Source: Ruminococcus flavefaciens (lineage in GTDB: Bacteria > Bacillota > Clostridia > Oscillospirales > Ruminococcaceae). From it: a stretch of DNA of 32,000 nucleotides. The notes beneath the pieces are model-generated. The model searched no databases and was not told the origin of the DNA. It saw nothing but the letters and a program-made list of their open reading frames with translations. The position numbers were made by a program, and so were the translations under genes. Positions 14,983-22,800 of this stretch are shown in pieces; within the stretch, counting starts at the first letter, position 1, and each line of letters opens with the position of its first letter. The stretch is taken from NCBI GenBank assembly GCA_002309635.1, contig DBXO01000042.1:47120-79119 (forward strand). Reading direction: 5' to 3'.

Positions 14983-15741
14983 ATGGAAAAAGAGAAAATT
15001 TCAGCCGAAAAGTCCGCCAATATCATCTGCGGACGCAACCCCGTCATCGAGGCGCTGAAATCAGGCGCCAACATCGATACGATATATATAAACGGCAACG
15101 GCGGCAGTCTCGGGCTTATCCGACGGCTTGCAAAGGATAACGGCATCGTTGTCAAGGACGCAGACGACAAGAAGCTTTCAAGGCTTTCCGACGGCGCTTC
15201 GCATCAGGGCGTAGTGGCAGAAGGTGCCTGCGGCGAATATGTGTCTGTGGAGGATATACTTGAGGTATCCCGCAGAAAGGGTACAAAGCCTTTTATAATC
15301 ATCTGCGATGAGATCGAGGATCCTCACAACCTGGGCGCTATTATCCGTACTGCCGAAACCTCCGGTGCTGACGGAGTTATTATCCCAAAACGCAGGAGCG
15401 CCTCACTGAACTCAACAGTATTCAAGACCTCTGCAGGCGCAGCAAGCTATGTGCCGGTTGCAAGGGTCTCCAATCTTGCCGCTTGTATCGATACACTCAA
15501 GGAAAACGGCGTATGGATATATGGCACCGACGCCTCCGGCAGCGATTACAGCTCCACTGACTTTACAGACGGTGTCGGTCTCGTTATTGGCTCCGAGGGC
15601 TTCGGAATGAGCCAGATCATTCAGAAAAAATGCGATTTTATGATAAAGCTTCCAATGCTTGGAAAAATTAATTCACTCAACGCTTCCGTTGCGGCAGGCA
15701 TCTTCATGTACGAAGTACTCCGTCAGCGCAGAAGCATGTAA
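14983..15741 (+). CDS. rlmB: 23S rRNA (guanosine-2'-O)-methyltransferase, SpoU/TrmH group 3
   Basis: 252 aa with the N-terminal substrate-binding segment ICGRNPVIEALKSG and the SpoU motifs EDPHNLGAIIRTAE, LVIGSEGFGMS and NSLNASVAAGIFMYE. Confidence 0.85.
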   Translation: MEKEKISAEKSANIICGRNPVIEALKSGANIDTIYINGNGGSLGLIRRLAKDNGIVVKDADDKKLSRLSDGASHQGVVAEGACGEYVSVEDILEVSRRKGTKPFIIICDEIEDPHNLGAIIRTAETSGADGVIIPKRRSASLNSTVFKTSAGAASYVPVARVSNLAACIDTLKENGVWIYGTDASGSDYSSTDFTDGVGLVIGSEGFGMSQIIQKKCDFMIKLPMLGKINSLNASVAAGIFMYEVLRQRRSM

Positions 15742-15755
15742 ATAAGGAGATAATC

Positions 15756-18281
15756 ATGTCGGATCAGAAACCATCGCTTGAGGATATTCTGGACGAGTAT
15801 TCTCCGAACAGCAGCCATACCAGGGCGGCAGGCAGGGTCGATACACAGAAGGTGCTCAATTCGACCGTTGATACCCCTGATATCGTGCAGAAAGCAAAGT
15901 CCAGACCTCCAATATCACATGAGAAATCAGCGCTCTTCGACAATGCGCTGCGAAACGACAAACCCGCAGACGAATTCAAGCCTGCCGATATATCGCGGCA
16001 TAAAATAGCCGTGGTAAGCTCCGACGCAATGAGCGAGATACGTGCCAATCCGCAGAGGAAGGCCGTACCGTCAGGCACCATCACTCCCGTTCAGATGACT
16101 CCCGACGAAGCGCCGAAGATAAGGCGTATGAGCGAGTCTACCCGGGCCAAGGAGATGGAAAGCAAAAAGAACAAGAAAAAACGCCGCGGGAAAGACAATG
16201 ACTATACCTACGCAAAGGAAACTCCCGACGGAGAGTATATGTATACACCTCCCGAGTTCAAGAAGAAAAAGCGCAGCCGTATACAGATAATCAACGAAGC
16301 TGAAAGTCCCGAGGGCAAGAAACAGATAACCGATATCGTCCCCTCGCCTGCAGCTGTTGAAGCCGCAAAGCCTGTTGAGCCGGCTCCGAGAGCAGAGCTC
16401 ACAAGCATAAATCTAAGTGAAAAGCCTGATATCGACGCCGGCCAGCTTGACGTACATATCACTCAGGAAGCTGACGAATATATGTCTGTACACTCAAAAA
16501 ACAAGCGTACCAAAAGGATAGTCGATTTCAACTATTACGGCGACGTCGAGGATGTTGGCAGAGATATCTATGAGCTGAAAAGCACTATTGCGGCAAGAGT
16601 GGTCATTCTTGCAATGACCTCATTCCTCAGCCTGTTCATTACACTGGCTAACCAGTTCAATATCCCGATCATAGACGCTTTCAGTATGTCGCATATCAAG
16701 ACATACCTTTCAGTACACCTTATACTCGGAGCTCTTTCAATACTCTCGTCTATGGCAGTAATAACAAAGGGCGTGCGAAAGCTGTTTACAATGAAAGCAG
16801 ACAGCGACTCTATGACCGCTGTTACCGCGCTTTCCTGCCTAATCGCCATAATCCCTGCGTTTCTGAGCCCGCAGCTTGTCAGAACGGAAAATATCCATAT
16901 ATATATGCCTGTGGGAATACTTGCGCTGTTCATCAATGCTCTCGGAAAGCTTCTCATAATCAGGAGAGCGGCACGTAATTTCAGATTCGTTTCCAAGAAC
17001 TTCGACCGTCACGGCGTTACCTACGTCACTGACGAGGACCGCGCCGAGCGCATTACAAGAGGTACTCTCGGGGATTTCCCCATTCTTGCTTCAATGCGCA
17101 GGACCGACTTCCTTACTGACTTCCTGAGGTATACATATTCCTCGGATATGACCGACGATTTCTGCCGCAAGGCTTCTCCGCTCTGTCTTATAGCTTCAAT
17201 AGTCGTATCGCTGTTCCTTACTCTCTTCTGTAAGGGCAATCTCTTCACCCTTGACTCGGCAGCCTTCGGCTTTTCAATATTCAGCATGATAATATGCGCA
17301 ACCTCATGTATTGCAATGCCTTTCGTGGTAAATATCCCCCTTGAAAAAGTTTCAAAGAGTGCTATCAGGAATAAGGGAATAATGCTTGGATATCAGAGCG
17401 TTGACGACTTCTACGACACAAATTCCATACTTATCGACGCCAATACATTGTTTCCCGACGGAACGGTCCGACTTGACGGCATAAAGGTATTTTCCAATAC
17501 AAAGCTTGACGAAGCATTCCTTGAAGCTGCAAGTCTTACATCTACTGCGGGAAGTATCATGTCCCAGCTTTTTGCCGATGTCATAGCAGGCAGAAACGGC
17601 GCCCTTTATCCTATCGAGAACTACTCCTATGAGGAAGGCATGGGCATGTGCGGCTGGATAAACAACAAACGAGTTCTTTTCGGCAACCGTGAGCTCATGA
17701 CCAGCCATAATATCGAGGGAGTTCCCACAAAGGCTCAGGAAGCTGAGTCCGTTGACAGCGGCAAGGAGGCTCTTTACCTTTCAATTTCGGGAAATCTTGC
17801 TGCTATGTTCGTTGTCGATATCGTAGCTGACAGATATGTCAAGCGCTGGGCTAAAAAGCTGTGCAAAAACAAGATATGCATGTTCATAAAGTGCATAGAC
17901 CCCTGCATAACCGTGAAAAAGCTCAACAAGCTCTTCGGTATACCCGAGGAAATGGCAAGGATAATCCCCAAGAAGCACCACGAGGACTTCTACGAGGAGA
18001 CTAAAAAAGCAGTGCGTCTCAGCGCATCAATGGCTACAACAGGTAAGTTCTCATCACTTGCAGAGCTTCTTATCGGCACAAAGGTAGTCCATATCTCAGC
18101 TATAATCGGACTTATACTGCAAACCGCCTCGATCCTTCTCGGCTTTGTGCTATGTATGCTTCTGATACTCTCAAAGGCATTCAGATACAATTACGTCTAT
18201 ATGTCGGCAACTGCCCTGACAGTTTATAATCTCGCATGGACCTTGCTCACATATATCGCAGTAAAGCTGAAAAAAACATGA
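15756..18281 (+). CDS. P1B-type-ATPase-like polytopic membrane protein lacking the catalytic motifs, with a ~270-aa low-complexity N-terminal extension
   Basis: AAGGAG lies 6 nt upstream, 15 nt after the rlmB stop. There are eight predicted TM helices arranged 4+2+2 around two cytosolic loops. Recognisable P-type scaffold remnants include KGIMLGYQSVDDFYDTNSILIDANTLFPDGTV, VLFGNRELMTSHNIE and ALYLSISGNLAAMFVVDIVAD. DKTGT is DANTL, TGDN is CIDP, CPC is SCI, and TGES and GDGxND are absent. Confidence 0.6.
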   Translation: MSDQKPSLEDILDEYSPNSSHTRAAGRVDTQKVLNSTVDTPDIVQKAKSRPPISHEKSALFDNALRNDKPADEFKPADISRHKIAVVSSDAMSEIRANPQRKAVPSGTITPVQMTPDEAPKIRRMSESTRAKEMESKKNKKKRRGKDNDYTYAKETPDGEYMYTPPEFKKKKRSRIQIINEAESPEGKKQITDIVPSPAAVEAAKPVEPAPRAELTSINLSEKPDIDAGQLDVHITQEADEYMSVHSKNKRTKRIVDFNYYGDVEDVGRDIYELKSTIAARVVILAMTSFLSLFITLANQFNIPIIDAFSMSHIKTYLSVHLILGALSILSSMAVITKGVRKLFTMKADSDSMTAVTALSCLIAIIPAFLSPQLVRTENIHIYMPVGILALFINALGKLLIIRRAARNFRFVSKNFDRHGVTYVTDEDRAERITRGTLGDFPILASMRRTDFLTDFLRYTYSSDMTDDFCRKASPLCLIASIVVSLFLTLFCKGNLFTLDSAAFGFSIFSMIICATSCIAMPFVVNIPLEKVSKSAIRNKGIMLGYQSVDDFYDTNSILIDANTLFPDGTVRLDGIKVFSNTKLDEAFLEAASLTSTAGSIMSQLFADVIAGRNGALYPIENYSYEEGMGMCGWINNKRVLFGNRELMTSHNIEGVPTKAQEAESVDSGKEALYLSISGNLAAMFVVDIVADRYVKRWAKKLCKNKICMFIKCIDPCITVKKLNKLFGIPEEMARIIPKKHHEDFYEETKKAVRLSASMATTGKFSSLAELLIGTKVVHISAIIGLILQTASILLGFVLCMLLILSKAFRYNYVYMSATALTVYNLAWTLLTYIAVKLKKT

Positions 18282-18290
18282 CATAAGCAA

Positions 18291-18322
18291 AAGAACCTGT
18301 ACCCGTAACGGTACAGGTTCTT
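18291..18322 (+). other. 13-bp perfect stem-loop without a U-tract, between the ATPase-like gene and the LCP gene
   Basis: AAGAACCTGTACC-CGTAAC-GGTACAGGTTCTT followed by AAAGCA. The LCP SD starts 10 nt downstream. Confidence 0.6.
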
Positions 18323-18344
18323 AAAGCATAGAAAGGAGATCATA

Positions 18345-19727
18345 ATGCCACACAGATATAACGGCAGAGATGAAAACGAGATACCAAACACTGACAATGA
18401 GGAAACTATGCTGATATCGGGTATCCCCGATGAAGAAGCTCAGTACAGACAGGAGCTGCCGCCCCTCAGACGCGTCAACCGACGCACCGCTCAGCAAAGC
18501 AATGAGGACTTTTACCGCAACGATCAGTCTCAGCCGGAGGAGCTCCCGCAGTTCCCGCATACAACTCCGCCACCGCCGCCTCACCGGTATGATCATAACG
18601 ACGTGAACTACTACGATTACGCTCAGCAGCCACCTCAGAACAGCGGAGACTGCTATCCCCCGCCCCCCGCTCCAGAAGCACCGCACCAAAAAACGGAGCC
18701 GAAGAAAAAAACTGCTCCCCCTCCCGCAGCAGAGCCCGAGCAGCCGCAAAAGAAAAAAAAGAAGCACCATAAGTCGCTGCTCAGGAGGATAACCGGCAGG
18801 ATATTCAGAATAGTGCTTGTACTTTTCCTGTTAGTTTTCGGTATATACTCATGCACCTCAGTGTGTCTTATAAGAAAGGTCAATCACGTTCCCTCCGATA
18901 ACAGGACTCACTATGCGGATTCCGTGGGCCGAGGACATGTAAGAAGCGTGCTCGTCATAGGCACCGACGGCAGAACCGCCGATGACCGCGGACGCTCCGA
19001 CTCTATGATACTTGTTTCAATGAACAGTAAGACCAATGAGATAATAATGACCTCGTTCATGCGCGACTGCTATGTTGAGATACCCGACAACGGCTGGGAC
19101 AAGCTAAATGCCGCATACGCATACGGCGGTCCGGACCTGCTTATGGAAACGCTGGAGTACAATTTCGATGTGCGCATAGACGATTACGTATCAGTTGACT
19201 TCGCCTCGTTCGTATCGGTTGTAGACGCTGTCGGAGGTATAGATATCGAGGTTTCCGATCCTGAAGCAGAGCAGATAAATATTATCCTCATATCAGAAGT
19301 AAATGAACTCATGGGCGACGACAGGAACGCCGATCTTCTCAGCGGAGGCGGAAAGCTCCACCTGAACGGAAAGCAGGCACTCTCCTATTCACGTATACGC
19401 AACGTAGGAAACAACGACTTCGAGCGCACAGAGCGCCAGCGCAGGGTAATGTCCCTTATATTCGCAAAGCTCAAGTCATTCAAACCCTCAATGTTCAAGA
19501 ATCTTGCCTCAGACGTAATACCCGATGTAAGCACAAATATGACCGACCTGAAAATGTACCTTCTCTCCCTGAGAGTTCCTTTCGCGCTGAGATATGATAC
19601 AAAGCAGATACAGATACCCGCAGAGGGTACCTACTACGGAGACGATGTGGACGTAGGAAACGTTCTGCAGGTCGACAGAGACGCAAACAGCGATTTAATT
19701 GAAAGAGAAGTATTCTCACAAGGCTGA
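18345..19727 (+). CDS. LytR-CpsA-Psr (LCP) family glycopolymer phosphotransferase with a Pro/Lys-rich cytoplasmic tail
   Basis: AAAGGAG SD. Residues 1 to about 155 are Pro-rich and low-complexity, followed by a TM (IFRIVLVLFLLVFGIY). The LCP core is VLVIGTDGR...RSDSMILVSMN...SFMRDCYVEIP...KLNAAYAYGGPDL...DDYVSVDF...RIRNVGNNDFERTERQR. Confidence 0.9.
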   Translation: MPHRYNGRDENEIPNTDNEETMLISGIPDEEAQYRQELPPLRRVNRRTAQQSNEDFYRNDQSQPEELPQFPHTTPPPPPHRYDHNDVNYYDYAQQPPQNSGDCYPPPPAPEAPHQKTEPKKKTAPPPAAEPEQPQKKKKKHHKSLLRRITGRIFRIVLVLFLLVFGIYSCTSVCLIRKVNHVPSDNRTHYADSVGRGHVRSVLVIGTDGRTADDRGRSDSMILVSMNSKTNEIIMTSFMRDCYVEIPDNGWDKLNAAYAYGGPDLLMETLEYNFDVRIDDYVSVDFASFVSVVDAVGGIDIEVSDPEAEQINIILISEVNELMGDDRNADLLSGGGKLHLNGKQALSYSRIRNVGNNDFERTERQRRVMSLIFAKLKSFKPSMFKNLASDVIPDVSTNMTDLKMYLLSLRVPFALRYDTKQIQIPAEGTYYGDDVDVGNVLQVDRDANSDLIEREVFSQG

Positions 19728-19732
19728 CAGAA

Positions 19733-19757
19733 AAGCCCTCTCATATTGAGAGGGCTT
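19733..19757. terminator. terminator hairpin between the convergent LCP and aminotransferase genes
   Basis: AAGCCCTCTC-ATATT-GAGAGGGCTT: a 10-bp stem, with AAA upstream and TTTTA shortly downstream. Confidence 0.7.
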
Positions 19758-19763
19758 AACCTT

Positions 19764-21038
19764 TTATTCAGCGAGCAGCTTTTCAGCAGCTGCTATTTTA
19801 ACGCAGATAGTGAAGAGCTCCATTGCCTTTTCGAGATCCTCTATTGGAGGATATGTAGGAGCTATTCTTATATTTTTATCGTAGGGATCCTTTCCGTAGG
19901 GGAAGGTCGCTCCCGCACCTGTAAGAGTTACTCCTGCCTCGCTGCAAAGCTGAACGATCCTCTTTGCACAGCCGTCAGGCGCATTGAACGATATGAAGTA
20001 ACCGCCCTTTGGATCGGTCCAGCTGCCGATGCCGAGAGGAGCTATTTCCTTATCAAGCTTATCTATGACAAGCCTGAACTTAGGAGCAATGATAGCCATA
20101 TGCTTCTTCATGTGTGCCAGCATATTGTCAAAGTTTCCGAAGAATTTTACGTGACGGAGCTGATTCATCTTATCATAACTGATAATACTGATGCCGAGGA
20201 ACTGCCTGAGCTCATCGATATTCTTTTTGCTTCCGCCCATTACGGCTACACCGGCACCCGGGAATGTGATCTTTGAGGTCGAACCGAATACGTATACGAT
20301 ATCCTCATTGCCTGCCTTTTTGGCTTCATCAAGTATGTTGAGTACATACTTAGGCTCATCTGTGAGATGGTGTATGCAGTAAGCATTGTCCCAGAAGATA
20401 CGGAAGTCCTCAGCCGCAGGCTTAAGAGCAGCAAATCGCCTGACTGTATCGTCGCTGTAGCATATACCGTCAGGATTTGAATACTGAGGCACGCACCATA
20501 TACCCTTTATAGAATCATCATTCTTTACGAGCTCCTCGATCATGTCCATATCGGGACCTGTGGGAGTCATTGGTATATTTATCATTTCGATACCGAAGAA
20601 CTGAGTTACTTTGAAATGTCTGTCATATCCCGGAACAGGGCAAAGGAACTTTACCCTACCGCACTGTGACCACGGCTTGCTGCCGAGCACGCCCTTGTTG
20701 TATGCGCACTGAACTGCAAAGAACATAGCACTGAGGCTTGAATTTCCAAAAATGATTATCTCATCGGTGTTTACTCCGATCATATCCGAAAAGAGCTTCT
20801 TGGCCTCGGGTATACCGTCTGGCACACCATAGTTACGGACATCTGCACCGCATTCGCTCATAAAATCCCCGTTGTCGAAAACTCTGAGCATATCCACACT
20901 AAGCTGGAGCTGCTCCTTGCAGGGGTTTCCTCTTGCCATATTGAGGCAGAGACCTTTACCCTTGAAATCGCTGTAAAGCTTTTCATTTTCGCTCTTGAAC
21001 GCGCTGATTTCCTCTTTTGTCATCTGAGATAAATTCAT
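19764..21038 (-). CDS. PLP-dependent aminotransferase (fold type I, aspartate-aminotransferase-like family)
   Basis: The track ORF starts at a TTG (21059). The ATG at 21038 (MNLSQMTKEEISAF) follows GGTGA/GGAGA. Motifs: LNMARGNPCKEQLQLS, FGNSSLS, and FGSTSKITFPGAG (SxSK PLP-lysine motif). Confidence 0.8.
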   Translation of the reverse strand: MNLSQMTKEEISAFKSENEKLYSDFKGKGLCLNMARGNPCKEQLQLSVDMLRVFDNGDFMSECGADVRNYGVPDGIPEAKKLFSDMIGVNTDEIIIFGNSSLSAMFFAVQCAYNKGVLGSKPWSQCGRVKFLCPVPGYDRHFKVTQFFGIEMINIPMTPTGPDMDMIEELVKNDDSIKGIWCVPQYSNPDGICYSDDTVRRFAALKPAAEDFRIFWDNAYCIHHLTDEPKYVLNILDEAKKAGNEDIVYVFGSTSKITFPGAGVAVMGGSKKNIDELRQFLGISIISYDKMNQLRHVKFFGNFDNMLAHMKKHMAIIAPKFRLVIDKLDKEIAPLGIGSWTDPKGGYFISFNAPDGCAKRIVQLCSEAGVTLTGAGATFPYGKDPYDKNIRIAPTYPPIEDLEKAMELFTICVKIAAAEKLLAE

Positions 21039-21279
21039 TCTCCGGATCTCACCTTTCAAAAATTATTAAGTGCTGAAAAACAGCACAAAATCTCCAAATA
21101 AAAGTATAACACAGCATTACGACATTTTCAAGAGACAATATAACAAATTATATATCAGGAAAACTCCCTTTTTTAGTGCTTTCAGCACTAACGCCTATAT
21201 ATAGCGATATTCTCTTTTGGAATAGTTATTTTCACTAAAAAGCTCTTGTTAATTTTAGATGAATAAAAAGCGAAAAGGA

Positions 21280-21308
21280 TTGACTTTTTAGGTCATTTTG
21301 TGTATAAT
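21280..21308 (+). promoter_or_regulatory. near-consensus extended -10 promoter (TTGACT, 17-nt spacer, TGTG-TATAAT) for the dockerin transglutaminase-like gene
   Basis: TTGACT at 21280-21285 and TATAAT at 21303-21308, with the spacer ending in TGTG. Confidence 0.65.
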
Positions 21309-21364
21309 AAATATATAGATATCAATCGGGAATTGGTATAAACCGCTTCATAGGAGGGCTATGT

Positions 21365-22732
21365 ATGAAAAAATTGATCTCATCGACAATTTCAGCTGTG
21401 ACATCAGCCGCTGTACTTATGTGTTCCTGCCTCTGCACGGCTTTCGCGGCAGCAGAAGAGCCTGTATACTTTGATCCCGAATCGGCAGAGATATACCTTA
21501 GCGACATAGACGCGCTCGATCTCTCTATGGCAGGCAGCCCGAAAATACTGTCAAATTTCAATGAGGGCTCCTACAACTACGGCGACACACTCACCGGCAA
21601 CAACCTTGCCGTGTACAACGCTATAATGAAGCTTGACGGTCCTACTACAGATCAGCTGACCATAAAGCTCCCCGAATCTGTTACGCTTTCTCTCAAAACT
21701 CTGCCAAACTCCTCGGATTTCAGCAGCAGCGACGGCGAAGCCTATCAGAACGCTCTGTTTGAAAACTGCAAACCTGGTATAGACTGCGCTCTTTTCGACC
21801 GCCCCGAGCTATACTGGATCGAGCCCACGGGTATGGCCATTTCCGTAGGCAGAGACACAACTGTTACCCGCAATATGTTCTCTGATGGATATACGGTAAA
21901 GATACGTTCTCTGCTTATAGTTCCAAAGCTGCTCGACGGCTTTAAATCCGTTGCGGATGCCGAAAACTATGGCAGGCTGCTTGATGAGGCACTGGAAAAG
22001 GTACCCGTTACCGGCGCTAACAGGTATGAGATACTGAAAAATATACATGATTACATATCAAAAACAACATATTACGACCTCAATGCAAAGTTCAGCAGTT
22101 CCGCTCTCGGCGCTCTTGTTGAGCCGGGCGTTGTCTGCGAGGGCTATTCCGAAGCCTTCAAGCTCATATGCGACAGGCTTAATATCCCCTGCGTCTGCGT
22201 GTTCGGAAACCTCATTGAGGAGGACAACGCAGGTCATATGTGGAATTATGTCAAGATGGAGGACGGAAAATGGTACGGCATGGACGTTACATGGGACGAT
22301 CTTGACGGCTCGGGAGGTAAGGAAGTGAAGTATGAGTACTTCCTGAAAGGCTCCAAGAGCTTCTACATAAAGCATACACCGGAAAGTGATTACAAGATAA
22401 CTCAGCTGGTATATCCCGAGATCCCCGAATACGACTACGTTTTAGGAGCATCCGCAGGTACAACGGCAACAACAACAACAACAACAACAACTACTACTAC
22501 CACTACGACCGTTAAAACGACTACCAAAACTACTACTGCCACTACAACAACTCAGCCGCCTAAGCCGCTTGTAGGCGACCTTAACCGCGACGGAAACGTA
22601 AACGTTGCCGACCTTGTATACTGTCAGGGCTCACTTCTCGGCAAAATCAGGCCCGAGTATTCCTGTGACGCAAACAACGATGGAACAGACGATGTTTTCG
22701 ATGTGATATTCATGAGAAAACTGCTTATTTGA
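21365..22732 (+). CDS. secreted transglutaminase-like (papain-fold Cys-His-Asp) protein with Thr-rich linker and C-terminal dockerin
   Basis: TAGGAGGG SD and a signal peptide (…CLCTAFAAAEEP). The transglutaminase-core triad context is VCEGYSEAFKLICD ... AGHMWNYVKM ... GMDVTWDD. A 31-residue Thr-rich linker precedes a dockerin (GDLNRDGNVNVADLV ... DANNDGTDDVFDVIFMRKLL). Confidence 0.8.
   Translation: MKKLISSTISAVTSAAVLMCSCLCTAFAAAEEPVYFDPESAEIYLSDIDALDLSMAGSPKILSNFNEGSYNYGDTLTGNNLAVYNAIMKLDGPTTDQLTIKLPESVTLSLKTLPNSSDFSSSDGEAYQNALFENCKPGIDCALFDRPELYWIEPTGMAISVGRDTTVTRNMFSDGYTVKIRSLLIVPKLLDGFKSVADAENYGRLLDEALEKVPVTGANRYEILKNIHDYISKTTYYDLNAKFSSSALGALVEPGVVCEGYSEAFKLICDRLNIPCVCVFGNLIEEDNAGHMWNYVKMEDGKWYGMDVTWDDLDGSGGKEVKYEYFLKGSKSFYIKHTPESDYKITQLVYPEIPEYDYVLGASAGTTATTTTTTTTTTTTTTVKTTTKTTTATTTTQPPKPLVGDLNRDGNVNVADLVYCQGSLLGKIRPEYSCDANNDGTDDVFDVIFMRKLLI
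22460..22552 (+). repeat. Thr-codon low-complexity tract including (ACA)7(ACT)3
   Basis: ACA ACG GCA (ACA)7 (ACT)3 ACC ACT ACG ACC ... encodes TTATTTTTTTTTTTTTTVKTTTKTTTATTTT. This is an in-frame trinucleotide microsatellite within the linker. Confidence 0.9.
22574..22729 (+). other. dockerin module (two Ca-binding repeats)
   Basis: GDLNRDGNVNVADLVYCQGSLLG ... CDANNDGTDDVFDVIFMRKLLI. Confidence 0.85.
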
Positions 22733-22760
22733 CCATTCAGTTATTATCTTTATTCCTTTC

Positions 22761-22800
22761 AAACGACAAAAGCTCCGGATATCGGAGCTTTTGTCGTTTT
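22761..22800. terminator. bidirectional terminator between the convergent dockerin gene and the methyltransferase gene
   Basis: AAACGACAAAAGCTCCG-GATAT-CGGAGCTTTTGTCGTTT-TT: a 17-bp stem. It overlaps the TAA of the methyltransferase gene. Confidence 0.85.

Noticed and set aside
18321-18883. Minus-strand ORFs (149, 68 and 76 aa) opposite the Pro-rich 5' part of the LCP gene.
   Set aside because: They are artefacts of the CCN/GGN-rich coding repeat on the sense strand. They have no signals, and the LCP frame continues into clear family motifs.
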